A stretch of 62,588 bases of DNA, counting the filler, from Rhabdomonas costata (lineage: Eukaryota), in NCBI GenBank assembly GCA_019059605.1. It is 31 parts of 31 records of this genome, joined end to end, with 100 filler letters (N's around TTAATTAATTAA, not from the genome) between each part and the next. Parts side by side here need not be neighbours in the genome. Positions count along the whole stretch, not along the records: positions 36,408 to 38,334 come from JAHMHO010007352.1; positions 38,435 to 40,356 come from JAHMHO010007353.1; positions 40,457 to 42,378 come from JAHMHO010007354.1; positions 42,479 to 44,396 come from JAHMHO010007355.1; positions 44,497 to 46,418 come from JAHMHO010007356.1; positions 46,519 to 48,439 come from JAHMHO010007357.1; positions 48,540 to 50,460 come from JAHMHO010007358.1; 24 more parts are not named here. One strand, written 5' to 3'. Position 1 is the first letter of the stretch; each line of letters opens with the position of its first letter. The translations under genes and the position numbers were made by a program. Below, piece after piece: positions 37,064 through 49,425 of this stretch. The notes below the pieces were generated by a model. It did not search any database and was not told the origin of the DNA. It was given only the letters and a program-made list of their open reading frames with translations.

Positions 37064-38434
37064 GTGTCTCTTCGTTCGCGCACCCTCCCCCCTGTCTGTC
37101 CGCCGTTAATTATTGTTCCTTAACAGATTTGATACTTGGGGTACCCGGCACCACTTGTACCAGTGGTGCCCGTTCAAAGCCAAAAACGGTTAGGTAATCT
37201 AAAACTCAACTGCCAAGGTCTTGGACCACAGAACGGGCCGATCCTGGAATTATCTGGTTCCTTTGTATCGCAGGGGGTGCTGCATGTGGTGGGGATGGCA
37301 CGCGTTTATAATCCATCAAAAGTGCGAGGCACCGTGGGTCCTTATCCCATCAAGGGTTGCGAGCCCCGGGGTTCGGTCGAATCCTCTAGTGTGTTTTTAA
37401 AAAACATTCATCCTTTCCAAAGTGAACTTGTGTGTATTCTGGGCTGATCCTAGGGTGCGGGCGTTTCAATGTCATCGGGGGGTTCACATTGCGTTACGTT
37501 CCGCTGTGCACCTCCTGGATAGGGATTTCCGTTCTCCATGATGATTCAAAGGATCTTCAAAGACGAGCTTTTAGGCTGCATTGGTGGTCTTCACCGTCTT
37601 AATCTACCTTTACCGCGCGCACACGGAGTGAGTGCGTTTGTGCACCCTAGGTCCTCGGTGAACACCTGCGTGACTGCTCTGGTGGACATCGTTCGGCGAT
37701 ACCCCGGACGGTTCGTGCATCCCTCTCGTCCTCTCCGCGTCCACCCCTCCCACGGACACCTTTTTAGTACCAGTGATAGCCGTTACCACTCCCGCCAAGG
37801 TCAATTGGTCCCATGGCCGAGCGGCATCCTTCCTCTCACCTTACTCACTTCATGGGCTCTCTTCGCGCTTGTCGCTTGTTGGAAGGAGCCTCTTTCTGGT
37901 TCTCTTTTGGATGGCTCAGGTTCGAAGCGGTGATTGGGGTGATCTGCCAGAGTATGGACTCCATCGACGCCCCTGAGGTGACCACGCCCTCCCCCCTTTC
38001 CCGCCCCGCCAGAGCCAACAAAGCGGTTGCCTGCGCGCGCCTGAATAACACCTCACATCGATGTGGCCAGACGTTCAAAGGAAGAGACCTTCTTCTTTTA
38101 AAGGAAGGCAACTTCTTCTTTTACCCCAATGACCTTCTCCCTCGCTCTTTGGTCAATGAAGGAAAACACAACGTGGCAGTGAGAACGTTTGCAAATGTCA
38201 CCCCTCTCTATTTAATGTCTGATGTTCAGAGGTGTCACAAACAGAGAAAATCACTCACTGAATCATTATCTCACTCACTTTCATTCGCGCTGGCAGGCCA
38301 AGCAGTCGCTGATCTGGACGGTGGGGGAGTACGCNNNNNNNNNNNNNNNNNNNNNNNNNNNNNNNNNNNNNNNNNNNNTTAATTAATTAANNNNNNNNNN
38401 NNNNNNNNNNNNNNNNNNNNNNNNNNNNNNNNNN

Positions 38435-40300
38435 GGTTGTTTGTTCCGCACGTGATGCTGCTGAAAGCTGCTAGGCGTGGGTGGTACGTAATCCTGCGAA
38501 CCCACAAGCCCATCTCACCAGAATCAAAACCAGCCATTCCTGTCCGCTCCCAAAGGGACTGTACGCTTCGCACCAATGGATGAGCACGCAGCATACAATT
38601 TGTGTTGAAGCTGAGGCATTGTACACGCATCCAACCATGATCAGATGTTGCCGTCACGTTTCTAAGAATCGCAGTTGCTAATTGGGTCTTATATCATACT
38701 GCAAAAACGAGACCTCGTTTGCGTATTGGTGATTTGCGCGAGCTCGAAAACTTTAGAAGCGGGCCATAACGAAAATATAAAGTCGTGGAATGGACGAAAA
38801 AGGGAAGGGATGAGATGGAATGAGCACGTTACTAACATAAAATCGAGTCTCATAGGGGCTGAGTTATTTTCACAGAGTCAATAACACTGAATGTTCCTAA
38901 AGTGTAGAACATGTTGTGCTGGTGCACCCCGGAGAAAGAGGGTGAATAAACACCATCCATCTAACACAACAATGGGGACAACGTTGTGCAGCCCTGAACC
39001 GACAGTTACATTTCCAGGGCACGTCTGGATAAGGCTGGAGGAAGGCGGAGGTCGGTGCGGCGGTAGAGCGCTCAGGACCATGCGTAGGTTCATCTGAGTC
39101 TCCGCGATGTACTCGGACATGATGCGGTCATAGCCCTGTAGGAAGGTCTGCTCCTCGGGGCTCAGCCTCTGCCGTAGCGCGGGGGGAAGACCCAGCCCGT
39201 GCCGCCTCCACAGCCATCGGATCCGCTCCAGCCGCGCCTGACTGCACACCCAACCGCCCCGCTGCCAAACCAAGTTATCTCGCATACACCTACACCTCAA
39301 CAGATGCAATACAAAAATATGAAATGAAGTCACTGGGACCAGTGCGCCTCTGCCTCTGCTCATTTCTGCCGCGAACCGTTTATCTGGCGACGCACAATCT
39401 TCCCCAAACCCAAGAATAATTCGAACACCAACTTGTCTATAAATCAAACACGAACCTGGCATGTCTAGGCGAAAATCGGATCACAACAGAGCACGAAGAC
39501 CATAGCAGTCCTTCGCTGATAAAAAAATATCAGCGCCAGTCCGGGCAGCTGTTTCGCAAGAGGCAGTCTCCGGAAATATATGCAGGAAGGTAGAAACTGT
39601 AAATCACACGGGTGGTGGGTCGGGAACGGGGTGGAGTGGTTTGGGAGCTCAGGCACACCGGTACGCCCGGGCACAGGCGATGTTGCGGTGGATCGCCGCC
39701 TGCAGCACCACCGCGTTGGCGGCACAGTACGGGGTCCGCGCGTTTTGCTCTAGCACAGGGTTGCTGTGGGGACAGGACGCACGGGGGCGTACGACGCTGA
39801 AGAGAAGGGGAAACCTCCGGAGGCGAGATTGACTGACACCCAGCTGTAAATGTGCGATAATCCCTGGAAACACCCGGCCCTTTCGGGAACCACCGACCAA
39901 CAACAACAACCGGACTCCTTGGAATCGAACTCAACCTCCGCCAATGGTGGGTGTGAGACACACCTCCGGTTTTCGTCGATCGTTTTCTGAAGCTGTCGGA
40001 TCTCTTCCAGAACCTTCTTCATCAGCTCCTCCTAAATGCCCCCTCCCCCACGCCTACGCATTAAGAGATACGGTGCGAGAGGTACACTTACATTAGCCCC
40101 GCATAGGGCTCTACAACCCACTTCACGCAAAAGAGAGTGATATGGAAAACCATCGGGATCCAGGAAACACAGCGATGAAATTTGCACGCGCAAAGCGGAC
40201 ACATCCGAACACCGCATACATTGTACGGGGGGATGTCCTCCGGGTCGGTGCTGTTGAGCTGCTCCACAACCAGCGCGGCGGCACTGCGCCCCAGGGCCAT
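38435..40300 (-). CDS. GINS1: GINS complex subunit 1 (Psf1)
   Basis: Exons 40300-40220, 40031-39964, 39763-39659, 39241-39079, 38493-end: MALGRSAAALV...IPPYN|EELMKKVLEEI...AAIHRNIACARAYR|QARLERIRWLW...LP...LSPEEQTFLQGY...NLRM|DYVPP. Confidence 0.88.
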
Positions 40301-41194
40301 TTACTTCCCACCAAAGGGATCAGAGAACCCAAACCCTCCCACACAAAAACCAAACCNNNNNNNNNNNNNNNNNNNNNNNNNNNNNNNNNNNNNNNNNNNN
40401 TTAATTAATTAANNNNNNNNNNNNNNNNNNNNNNNNNNNNNNNNNNNNNNNNNNNNGTTTGTTGGGAACAGACTCATTTTACAAGTAAAACACAGAGGAA
40501 CGAGGCAGTGCAGCGGAATCCGCAGGGCTCAGGAAACTACAAGAAAAATATCATGAGTTCGAAAAGTTCGACGGCAAGCTTGAACACTTCATGGACTGGC
40601 TGGTTAGAGTGAACGAAAGAAAATTCCAGCGAGAAGTTCCAGACCATGTTGCCAAATGGCCTTTGGAGATGCGGGACGTGGCAACGTGGCAACTTCACCA
40701 AGAGTGGCAAACTCTCTCGACCAATGGCGAACTTGACACGCACCATCTGCCTATGTACAACCCACTCTCCGCAAATACGCTGCGTTTTTAAGAGATACTT
40801 TGTCGCAGGTGTCATTTGGCTATCCCAACGGTTGCCTTTATCTGTGCAGAAGAAAATATAATCAATTGAAAGCAATGTCAATTGAAATTCCACTAACAAA
40901 AAGAAAACCATTATTTTTTTGGAAAACAAAAAAATTTGGAGAACCGAAGGACTTCTGTGCGGGAAAACCAATCAGGTATTCTAACAGTAGGGATTTACAA
41001 ACGACGAAGCCAATGATCAATGTATTTTGTTTATCACTGTAATCTCATCTCTTCCAGAGCTGTTTGTCATCCTCAAAGGAAGTGACTTGAAAAAATGCAG
41101 CGATTCAGCAAAGGAAATCAATTTCAACGGGAAAGAGTGGTATTTTCAAATGTGAAGAAATATATATTATATAGTTGCAAAATTCGCAAACTGC

Positions 41195-41287
41195 GAAATT
41201 CGCAGTTTTTTCGACAAATTTGAAAATTTTGCAATTTCGTGAAATTCGTAATTTTTTCGACGAATTTGAAAAATTCGCAATTTCACG
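41195..41287. repeat. Two imperfect ~46-bp AT-rich tandem units built from AAATTCGC-like motifs
   Basis: GAAATTCGCAGTTTTTTCGACAAATTTGAAAATTTTGCAATTTCGT followed by GAAATTCGTAATTTTTTCGACGAATTTGAAAAATTCGCAATTTC. Confidence 0.8.
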
Positions 41288-44200
41288 GAGAATAAAAAAT
41301 GTTTTTATTATCTTTATATATATTTGCATCTAGCTGCACACTTGTACCGCCAATCAATTTTTCGTTGTGAGGTGTCGCCAAAACCTCACGGGGTATCGCT
41401 GTACCCCATACAGCCATAAGAGACCGGCTTCTATATGCCCCATGCTGAGAGGTCCCTCAAGTGGTCCTATCCAGCCTAGCTTGCGTGGCCCCACAGTGGA
41501 CAGTGAGTTGCAACTGGGACACTGGGACAAGCCATACCTTCAGTGACCACACTTTCATCATGTCACCTGAGCATGGCTTTGTATGTACATCCTTGTTCGA
41601 GCCTCGGAGAGAGTTCTTGTGTGAGGCAAGCAGAAGCAAAGCAAACGGGTCCACTTTCACAGTATACTGTGGGGTACACCCGCACACCCCCTATAGCCCT
41701 ATTGGCGGTACCCCGGGGTGTCGGTGTTGGGCCTATACGCACTGTAGTGCTGCACCATATATACCAGGGTACCCCTTTTTAGAGTGGTTAGTGTCGAGTT
41801 TCCACTCAAACGCGCACGCAAACCAAACATGGGGACGTTGTCAGTCAAAAGAAACCTCTGAAACCACTGGTGAAACTGGTGAAAGTCCCAAGCAGTTGCC
41901 CTAATTGGCGGTTTAGAGCGCTTTGGTGCGAAATAGACCCGTTTAGGACAACGTGGAAAGTACGTGGAAGTGCGGAAGCATGGTAAAGTGTCGCCGTTGT
42001 AAGGTTATGTATTATTGTTGTAAGGTATTGTATTATTCAAGGTATTGTATTATTCAATTTTTTGCTGAGGTCTCGTTGCTCCCTTGCTTTGCTGTTCCTG
42101 CGGAGTGGCTCCAGCCATGGTTGTGTTGTGACCACAGTTTTTTCAAATTTGCTGTTTCATTCAAGTCTGTTAATTTGCTTTTTCGTTCAACGATTCCTCG
42201 CTGCTGGTTCTCTTCCAAAAGCATCGGGAAAATGGGAAATAAAAAAATTGGAAACATGCCATTTCTAAAAGCAATTTTTCACTACTGCGCCTAATTTAAC
42301 CGCGGTCATTCCCTCGCTTGTTTTCCTTTCTTTTTCACAGGCCAAAGGGTGAAGAACTGTATGATCCCACAAACCACCNNNNNNNNNNNNNNNNNNNNNN
42401 NNNNNNNNNNNNNNNNNNNNNNTTAATTAATTAANNNNNNNNNNNNNNNNNNNNNNNNNNNNNNNNNNNNNNNNNNNNGTGGGGGGGTGGAGGCAACCTC
42501 TGCGTCTCCCGTCGCCGAAGATGACGACGAAGAGGAGGCTGAAGAGGACCCCATCGTGAGCTCCGCGACGGGCACTACAAGAGAATCCTGCGGCAGGGCT
42601 TGCGCGGCGCCGCTGTAGATTGGGAGGGGGGGGGTTTGCAAAGAAACCAGAGCATAGCCTCGGATAATCTTTAGAAAAGCCATAAAGAGCAGTGAAAATG
42701 AGAGAAAAGAGTAGAGCCAAAACTTCCCTTTGTCTTCGGTCTTCGTCATCTGAAAGTGGTGGTGACATTGACATATTGATTTGACCCAGCAATTCGATTT
42801 ATAAACCTATGGGGAACCTAAGCCAAAGATCCACAAAAAACCATTCCTGCCCGACGACTGCACGGAAAAGAATTGCTAGAAAATAATTTGCACACTGAAG
42901 AAAGCGAAGCGCAAGGTACAAAACAGTACGAAGAAAGTTCTTGCCCTCCTCAGATCTACCAATTATCAATTCTATCAATTCTCTTTTCTCTGGTTATCGG
43001 TTATCATGTAGGAGGTAACTCCCAAAAAAAAACCTTAGCAGCGATGCGTCCGCTCCAGGCGCTGGCCGGGGAGAGGGTGTTGTCGCTGTTCGCAAAGAAA
43101 AAAGTATTCCACACACACACACACACACAATCAAATAAAATATCACTGAAAAGCAGCAGTTACCCAAAGTTACTTCTGCACAAAACTGAACCCTTGTACA
43201 TTAAGGAACTAACTCTGCGCTGGTTCTTGCATCTCTGTCTTTTCACGTTTTTTCTAGCAGCCAAATGCTATGACAGCCAACCGCGTTCCCCTTCTCTCTA
43301 TCCATCAGATTCGTCAGCGGAGACACTGAAAAACATTGTAAGCTAAAACATCATAACCACCAAAACCAAACCAGCCTCCTCCTGAATGCAGTTATATAGC
43401 AGAATCAATACGATCCCGACAACGCGGCACGATGCCGAAGCAGACTGGAACAAGCACATAAGGAAATCCCGGGAGTCGGAGTCGTCGTTTGGGGGGTGCC
43501 TGTCACACCTCGAATTGTGGAATTCTCAAGGGACCTTTCGGGTGTGCCATGCCCTGCGAGCGGAAGAATACGGCAAATGCAACGGGAGCGGATGTTCCAA
43601 GAAGCGGTTCCCTCACAAACAAAAGTGGGCAGAAGACGGGCAACATGACGAAGACATTCATCGTTCACTTTCGGTGTTCCCTTTCAGTGACATGGGACAA
43701 TGATTTTTGAGGGGGGAGGCCTTAAACGCTTTGCAGTGCGAAACGTTTAGGTCAGAATGCAAGGGCGATGAACGGTTACCAGGGGACCGCAATACAAAAG
43801 GAATTCAATTAATTTTGGTGCGAGGGCCGCGACAGGCGGGAGCGGGCGGATGGATTGGGACGTTCCATTGAGTGGGTGGTGCTCCGTTTAGCATTGCTAA
43901 ACGTTCAACGGTGCTAAACGTCCCAATCAGACAAATTTTTGGACGTTATTTTTAGTCAGTTTGTTGGGAAGTCCGAATGTCGACGGCCCCACAGCGTTTA
44001 CGGAGCAAAAAATCTACATTCTGATAATTTGATGGGCAGAGAAGCTAAAGATCTGGCGACGATTTTGCATGCTCCGGGCGGTGAACAGATCTTTCCTTAA
44101 GCCGTATATCTAACTCAGAAGATCAGGCTGTACAACCTTATCAGTTCAGCAAGTTTTAGGACTTCGTGGCTCGTGCTACGGCTAAGGTTAAGGCTGAGAC

Positions 44201-44521
44201 TGAAGGTAAGATACTCAACGGTGGTGATAAAGAGAAATTGATGTGCAGGACGTTAATTGGCATGTTCATAGGTCAAGAAAACGCACAATCTTCCGGCATC
44301 CAAGACCCTGTGTCCAAACTCGGCAGAAGGCACCAGCTCAGCGGGCCCCAAGCCCGGAGGGCCTAATGTGATGCATCTGTGGAGAGACCCAAAACANNNN
44401 NNNNNNNNNNNNNNNNNNNNNNNNNNNNNNNNNNNNNNNNTTAATTAATTAANNNNNNNNNNNNNNNNNNNNNNNNNNNNNNNNNNNNNNNNNNNNTGTG
44501 GGTCCCTACTGATATGAACAG

Positions 44522-45849
44522 ACTCGGAATCGTCGGCGATGACCATTGCGGTCTCTGTGACGGTTGGTATGGCGATCATCGCGGCCGTCATACTGGTCAT
44601 GTACTTCAAGCGGAAGAAAAAGCGCAGGCTGGTTCTTCCGTCCTTTTTAGGTTTGTGCCTTCACATTTCTTCGTTTCCTACGTTTACAATCACGAGAATG
44701 TCCTTTGGGCTCCATTCTCTTTTGCCCATTTGCAACTTCCCAGATCCCCTTGAGATGGCTTTTGGCGCCACGGTGTCTCGAGATGAGGCCTGGGAGCAGT
44801 CCTACCGAGCGATGCTGGAGAAGCACATGGGCATTCTGAATGAGCCCGACGCCCTTTTGATTGCCGCGAACGGGCTGATCAGTGCGGGCAGTGTGAATGC
44901 CGTACTGTTCGCGCAGCAGTGCCTGGCATGGGCGCGGGAGCGGTACCCCAGCGATGTGCTTGCGGTAGCGACGTGTCGGTGGTGGACGGCAGGGGAAGAA
45001 GATTCCACTCGACAAGCGCCCTACCGAGTCATCAACAATGCACTTCGTCCGTCAGGAAGGAAGACTGCGGCGGCGCTGGACTTGGTGATGCCTGCGGTGT
45101 GCCTGCTGACGTGGGCCCTGGACAACCTTCCCGAGACCCCGGAGTTTGCACGGAAGCCCAGTGCAGTGTACCGTGTTGTGGCATGGCTTTTTCCAAACCC
45201 TCAGCACTATGACCCCAGGGCTCACTTCCAGGAGGGAACGATCATGACGACGTATGACTTTCGATCGGCGAGCCGATCCCTTGCGATTGCTGCGAACCAG
45301 AATTTTTCGAAGCCTCGGTGGGTTGGGGAAGAGCTTGAGGACAAGGGCCACTACGTTCTTCTGGAAGACCTTCTCCCCGGTATTGTCATAGATGAGTTGT
45401 TTTCCCCGACGTTTCTTAGCAGCAGTCGGCGAAAAGGTCACATCGAAGGGACGACGTATGACTATGAGATTCCTGGAGTCGAGTTTGATGGATTGCTGGG
45501 GTCGCCTATTGAAAGCTCACCAACAGTAAAGGAAATTCTTTTGATCGATACGAACAGTGGTCAAGTCACCCGAGGCTTCCCCACGCCCAACTTTGCGACT
45601 CATTTTGTGATCGAGAATGCGTTGGTTGGCCATATCTCTCCGTTAAGCTACTTCCCGGAGGAGGGCGAGGTTCTTTTTCCTCCGATGTCTCGGTACTTGA
45701 TCCGTGAGGTGGAGACGAACTTCCCTCTAAACCCCGACAAGGTGACTCTGGTGTACCTCACCCCGAACTCTCCTCTTGGATCTGGAGCCGTTGGAGGTGG
45801 CCCTGTATCCAGCTTCATTCATTCGAACAACCCGATTCTGCCAATTTGA
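44522..45849 (+). CDS. Single-pass membrane protein with cytoplasmic R-S-E (NAD:arginine-type) ADP-ribosyltransferase domain, 3' exons
   Basis: Exon 44522-44650 encodes TM IAVSVTVGMAIIAAVILVMYF followed by KRKKKRR. A 93-nt GT-AG intron is likely at 44651-44743. The last exon has YRVINNALR...ALDNLP...VYR...FRSAS...THFVI...ISPLSYFPEEGEVLFPP. Confidence 0.85.
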
Positions 45850-46958
45850 CAGTACTCCTTCTTGGAGCGTATCACGCTTTTGGACTGCTTTTTCTTAGCG
45901 TCATATCTGCTCTGATATTTTGCACATCGCCGCGTGTCGTTCAGGTTATCCTCACTGGCCAGTGACTTGGTGCTGCTTGTGATATTTATGCGTAGGTGTC
46001 CGTGGTTAGCCACGTTTTCCCCTCTCCCCGTTTAGTAAGATTTGCTTTTCTGAAATCACAGCATCGCGTAGGCCCCGTCGATGATTCCAATGAAGACAGC
46101 CAAGCGCTTCTGGTGTCAGTGGAAACGCCTCTTCAGCCTACCCGGAGGGTGAAAGTCATCCTGTGGTGGACAGGGAATGTCTGGGAGTCTGAGCCTGAGC
46201 GTCCTTGGTCTATCTGGTTCTCGGGGAAAATAAAATAGCCGCCCTTGCCTCAGAAGATGACACAGTGTTTATCGCTGAGGGAACAAAATGCTTTTGAAGC
46301 GATAAAATGAGGTAGTACATTGCCAGAGCTTCGCTTGGCGGAAGCGGCCTGTGGTCTTTGGTGTATACAGGAGGCTTTATCTTACCTTTGCAAAGGGAGT
46401 TGATGCCCACACCCCACCNNNNNNNNNNNNNNNNNNNNNNNNNNNNNNNNNNNNNNNNNNNNTTAATTAATTAANNNNNNNNNNNNNNNNNNNNNNNNNN
46501 NNNNNNNNNNNNNNNNNNAGTTCCCAGCCTAATCAGCAACACCACGCCTCACGGCAATCGTTCGAGGAGATAGTGCTCTGATTACTCCGTCTCATACGCG
46601 ACCGCAAGACGAAACTTTGATAATTTTTTTTACAAAAAGAAAAGAAAGAAAACATAAGAAAAGAAAAGAAAAGAAAGTCGTTTTGTTGAAACAGGTCTTT
46701 ACGGTGATGGGTGGGTACGGGGCGGTTTTAGTCTGTGGTTGACATCAGTTGCAGTCCTGAGGAATATACATTAGGCGAGTGATTAAGTGACCCTTTGTTT
46801 TTGCTTCCCCATTCTGGCCACTCCGGGAACATCCTAGCCCGTTGCCGAGAGTACTTCTGTGGATGATACTGGGGGAAGGCGCGTTAGCATCCTGGGTGAT
46901 TTGTGTTGCTGCTTCATTTCCTGTGCTGCTAAAGGTTTCTCCCTCCCGCCCCTCGAAG

Positions 46959-47114
46959 GTCTTTGTGGACCTCCCGGTGGCATCCCCGACGCCCCAGTCC
47001 CGCGTCTCGCGGATGCACCAGTGGATGGAGGAGATCAAGCGAGGCTTTGACACCCTGCTGGGGGTCTTCCTGTACCACGCGCTGATCCTGCTGCCCCAGG
47101 ACTTCATGGCGATG
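46959..47114 (+). CDS. Probable internal exon of a hypothetical protein
   Basis: GC3-rich open stretch VFVDLPVASP...MEEIKRGFDTLLGVFLYHALILLPQDFMAM between AAG| and |GTATGT. Confidence 0.45.
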
Positions 47115-48335
47115 GTATGTATCTTGCCCCGCCTCTGTCTGGCTGCCCGAAGCTTTCGGATTATTTGAGCCCAGGGGGGAGTCAAATCCCTCATTTCTCG
47201 TCTGAAATTTTTTGCATAATCAGAGTACGCGAGTAGGTTTTATGACAATTTTGCACTGCTCCTGTCGCATTTTTCTTTATCTTGTCTTTGAGGTGTGTGC
47301 TTATTTTCGAGTTTCTATACACCCACACGCGCGCGCGAAGTGATGAAAATAAAGGAGGACTTCTTCAACGAAGCAAACCTGCACACGACAAGCACCACAT
47401 CCACATTGCCATGCGCAAGTGAGTCGTGTTTGTCTTGATGCCGTGATGTCTTCGGATGGTAGCTTCATGCTCTTCCTTTTCCCAAACAAAAAGTATCCCC
47501 CAACTTCCCGGTTTGCTCGGCGGGCCCCCGACTATCCTCCACAGCTTCTGTTGCGTGGGACAGGGCGGCAGCGTCGTACGGCGGCGCCACAACCCTGCGA
47601 CAAGCCTCCTCTCTGACCTCCGTTCGCAGATAACCCAACACAGGAACGCATACACAGTGGAGGGAAGAGGAGAACGAGCACATGAAGGAAATCATGTTTG
47701 CACCAGCAAACCGTGTGGGTTGCGCGCGCACACACAGATGGTGCGATTCTACTGCCGGAGGGGCTCCCTAGTAATAACTAACGTCAACGCCAGGACTGCG
47801 GCCGTGTCCTTCGCCGGGGCGGCCGTCACCAACACGTACGGGTGGGTTCCCGCCGCTGGGGGCATTGGCGTAGGGGTGTGCATCCGCCTACCCCCACTAC
47901 CACCATCCCCATCCCTTCTTACATCTCACATCCCAGGAAATGCAGCCCGCGCAGCGGAAACCTCCGCTACAGCGCGAGTAGCTCCACCCCGTCGCGGCAC
48001 CTTCACTGCGGCCGAAGCCTGGGAATTTTTCGCAGAATGCCGTCTCCACTCAACGGCGCAGCAGCCAGATGCGAGTGAAGGGTCAGTAGATCCGTGGAAG
48101 TGGTTTTCCATCGCTGGAAACCCGTACTGGTAACTGACACTGGTTACCCCACATATAAATACACGCACAACATACACACTCCAACGTCAGTGCTTCCCTT
48201 CTTGGACCCACCTCCAAAAGCCTCCGAATTGGCTGCCCAGCAGATGCCTCCGGTTGCGCACAAGAAACTTCTCATCGCCGCCGCCGTGCGAGGTGGCGCG
48301 CTCGTGTCCCTCTTTCTCTCGCTGAATAGGTGTCC

Positions 48336-48437
48336 TTTGTTTCGTACCTTGGGAAGATCAACGTGGGCCTTGTCGCGGACGGAGCTCTGGTACCTGACCT
48401 CAAGGCCCACGTTGATCTTCCCAAGGTACGAAACAAA
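48336..48437. repeat. Perfect 37-bp inverted repeat with 28-nt spacer at contig end
   Basis: 48336-48372 is the reverse complement of 48401-48437. Confidence 0.95.
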
Positions 48438-48972
48438 ACNNNNNNNNNNNNNNNNNNNNNNNNNNNNNNNNNNNNNNNNNNNNTTAATTAATTAANNNNN
48501 NNNNNNNNNNNNNNNNNNNNNNNNNNNNNNNNNNNNNNNGTTGTGTGTGAGATTGCGAATCATAATTTTATTTCTGTGTTTTTTACTCCGTTGTTATTTT
48601 GTCCCACTGCTTTTCCCTCCAAATGTGCCGAAAATTCCCCTGTGTTATATGTACCAGCAAATTCGAGCCTTTGGACCTTGAAGGTAGTTGAATCTTATTG
48701 TTGATTCACAACCTCAGGTCACGGTCCCATCTTGCTTTCGCGGATCCGCGATTCTTTTTCCACTCATTGACTCATAAATAGGCTCTTTTGTCTCAATGAA
48801 AACCACAGCCGACGTAGTTGCGCCCTCTTGCCCGAGTTAACCCATTTCAGGCCAACTCAGGGCCCCTTCTCGCCACTGCCCGACTCTTTGACCCAATCTG
48901 AGGCTGCTTCTGCGGTCTGCCCCGACTCGATAGCACTGTGCTTTGTTTGCTTTTGTTCTTCAATGCGCAGAT

Positions 48973-49425
48973 ATGGCAATGGAAGCGCCGCTGATTCTGC
49001 TCGGCGGTGAAGTGCTGGTATGTGGCAATATTCCTCTGCTTCGTCTTGGCTTGAACGCACATTCTGCGACAGATGTCAAAGATGTCCCGTTACCTGCTTG
49101 CCGCTTCCGCAAGTTTGTGTTGTGGTGGATTGTCGTTCCCGAAGGCAGGTTCGACTGTGTCCAAATTTATTTTGACTGATAAGTTATAATTGCATTCTTG
49201 CAGAGTCCCGGGTCTGTTTCGTTCTGTTGAGGTCAGCAGCAAGACTTTTCTTTGCATTTTTACTTTGTGTTTTGTTTCTGTCTTCGTTTTGAAGGCTTCC
49301 GAACTTGCTCACCCTGAGGCTTGGACTGTCGCCAGCCTTTGCGGGGCGCAGGATCTTGGACATGGCGTCTATACTGGTGTCCAGCAGACCAGCGAGTGTG
49401 ACCTGTTGTGGCTGCAGTACCGCCG
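48973..49425 (+). CDS. Hypothetical protein, probable first two exons
   Basis: ATG 2 nt after CAG; exon 48973-49017 |GTATGT joins in phase 0 to exon 49295-49425 (ASELAHPEAWTV...WLQYR). Confidence 0.4.

Noticed and set aside
37100..38334. ORFs inside the beta-adaptin intron as a retroelement
   Set aside because: No RT, integrase or endonuclease motifs recognised.
41953..42060. KCRRCKVMYYCCK resembling a MYND zinc finger
   Set aside because: It overlaps a 17-21-bp tandem repeat (AAGGTATTGTATTATT); the first CxxC and the C-terminal half are not found.
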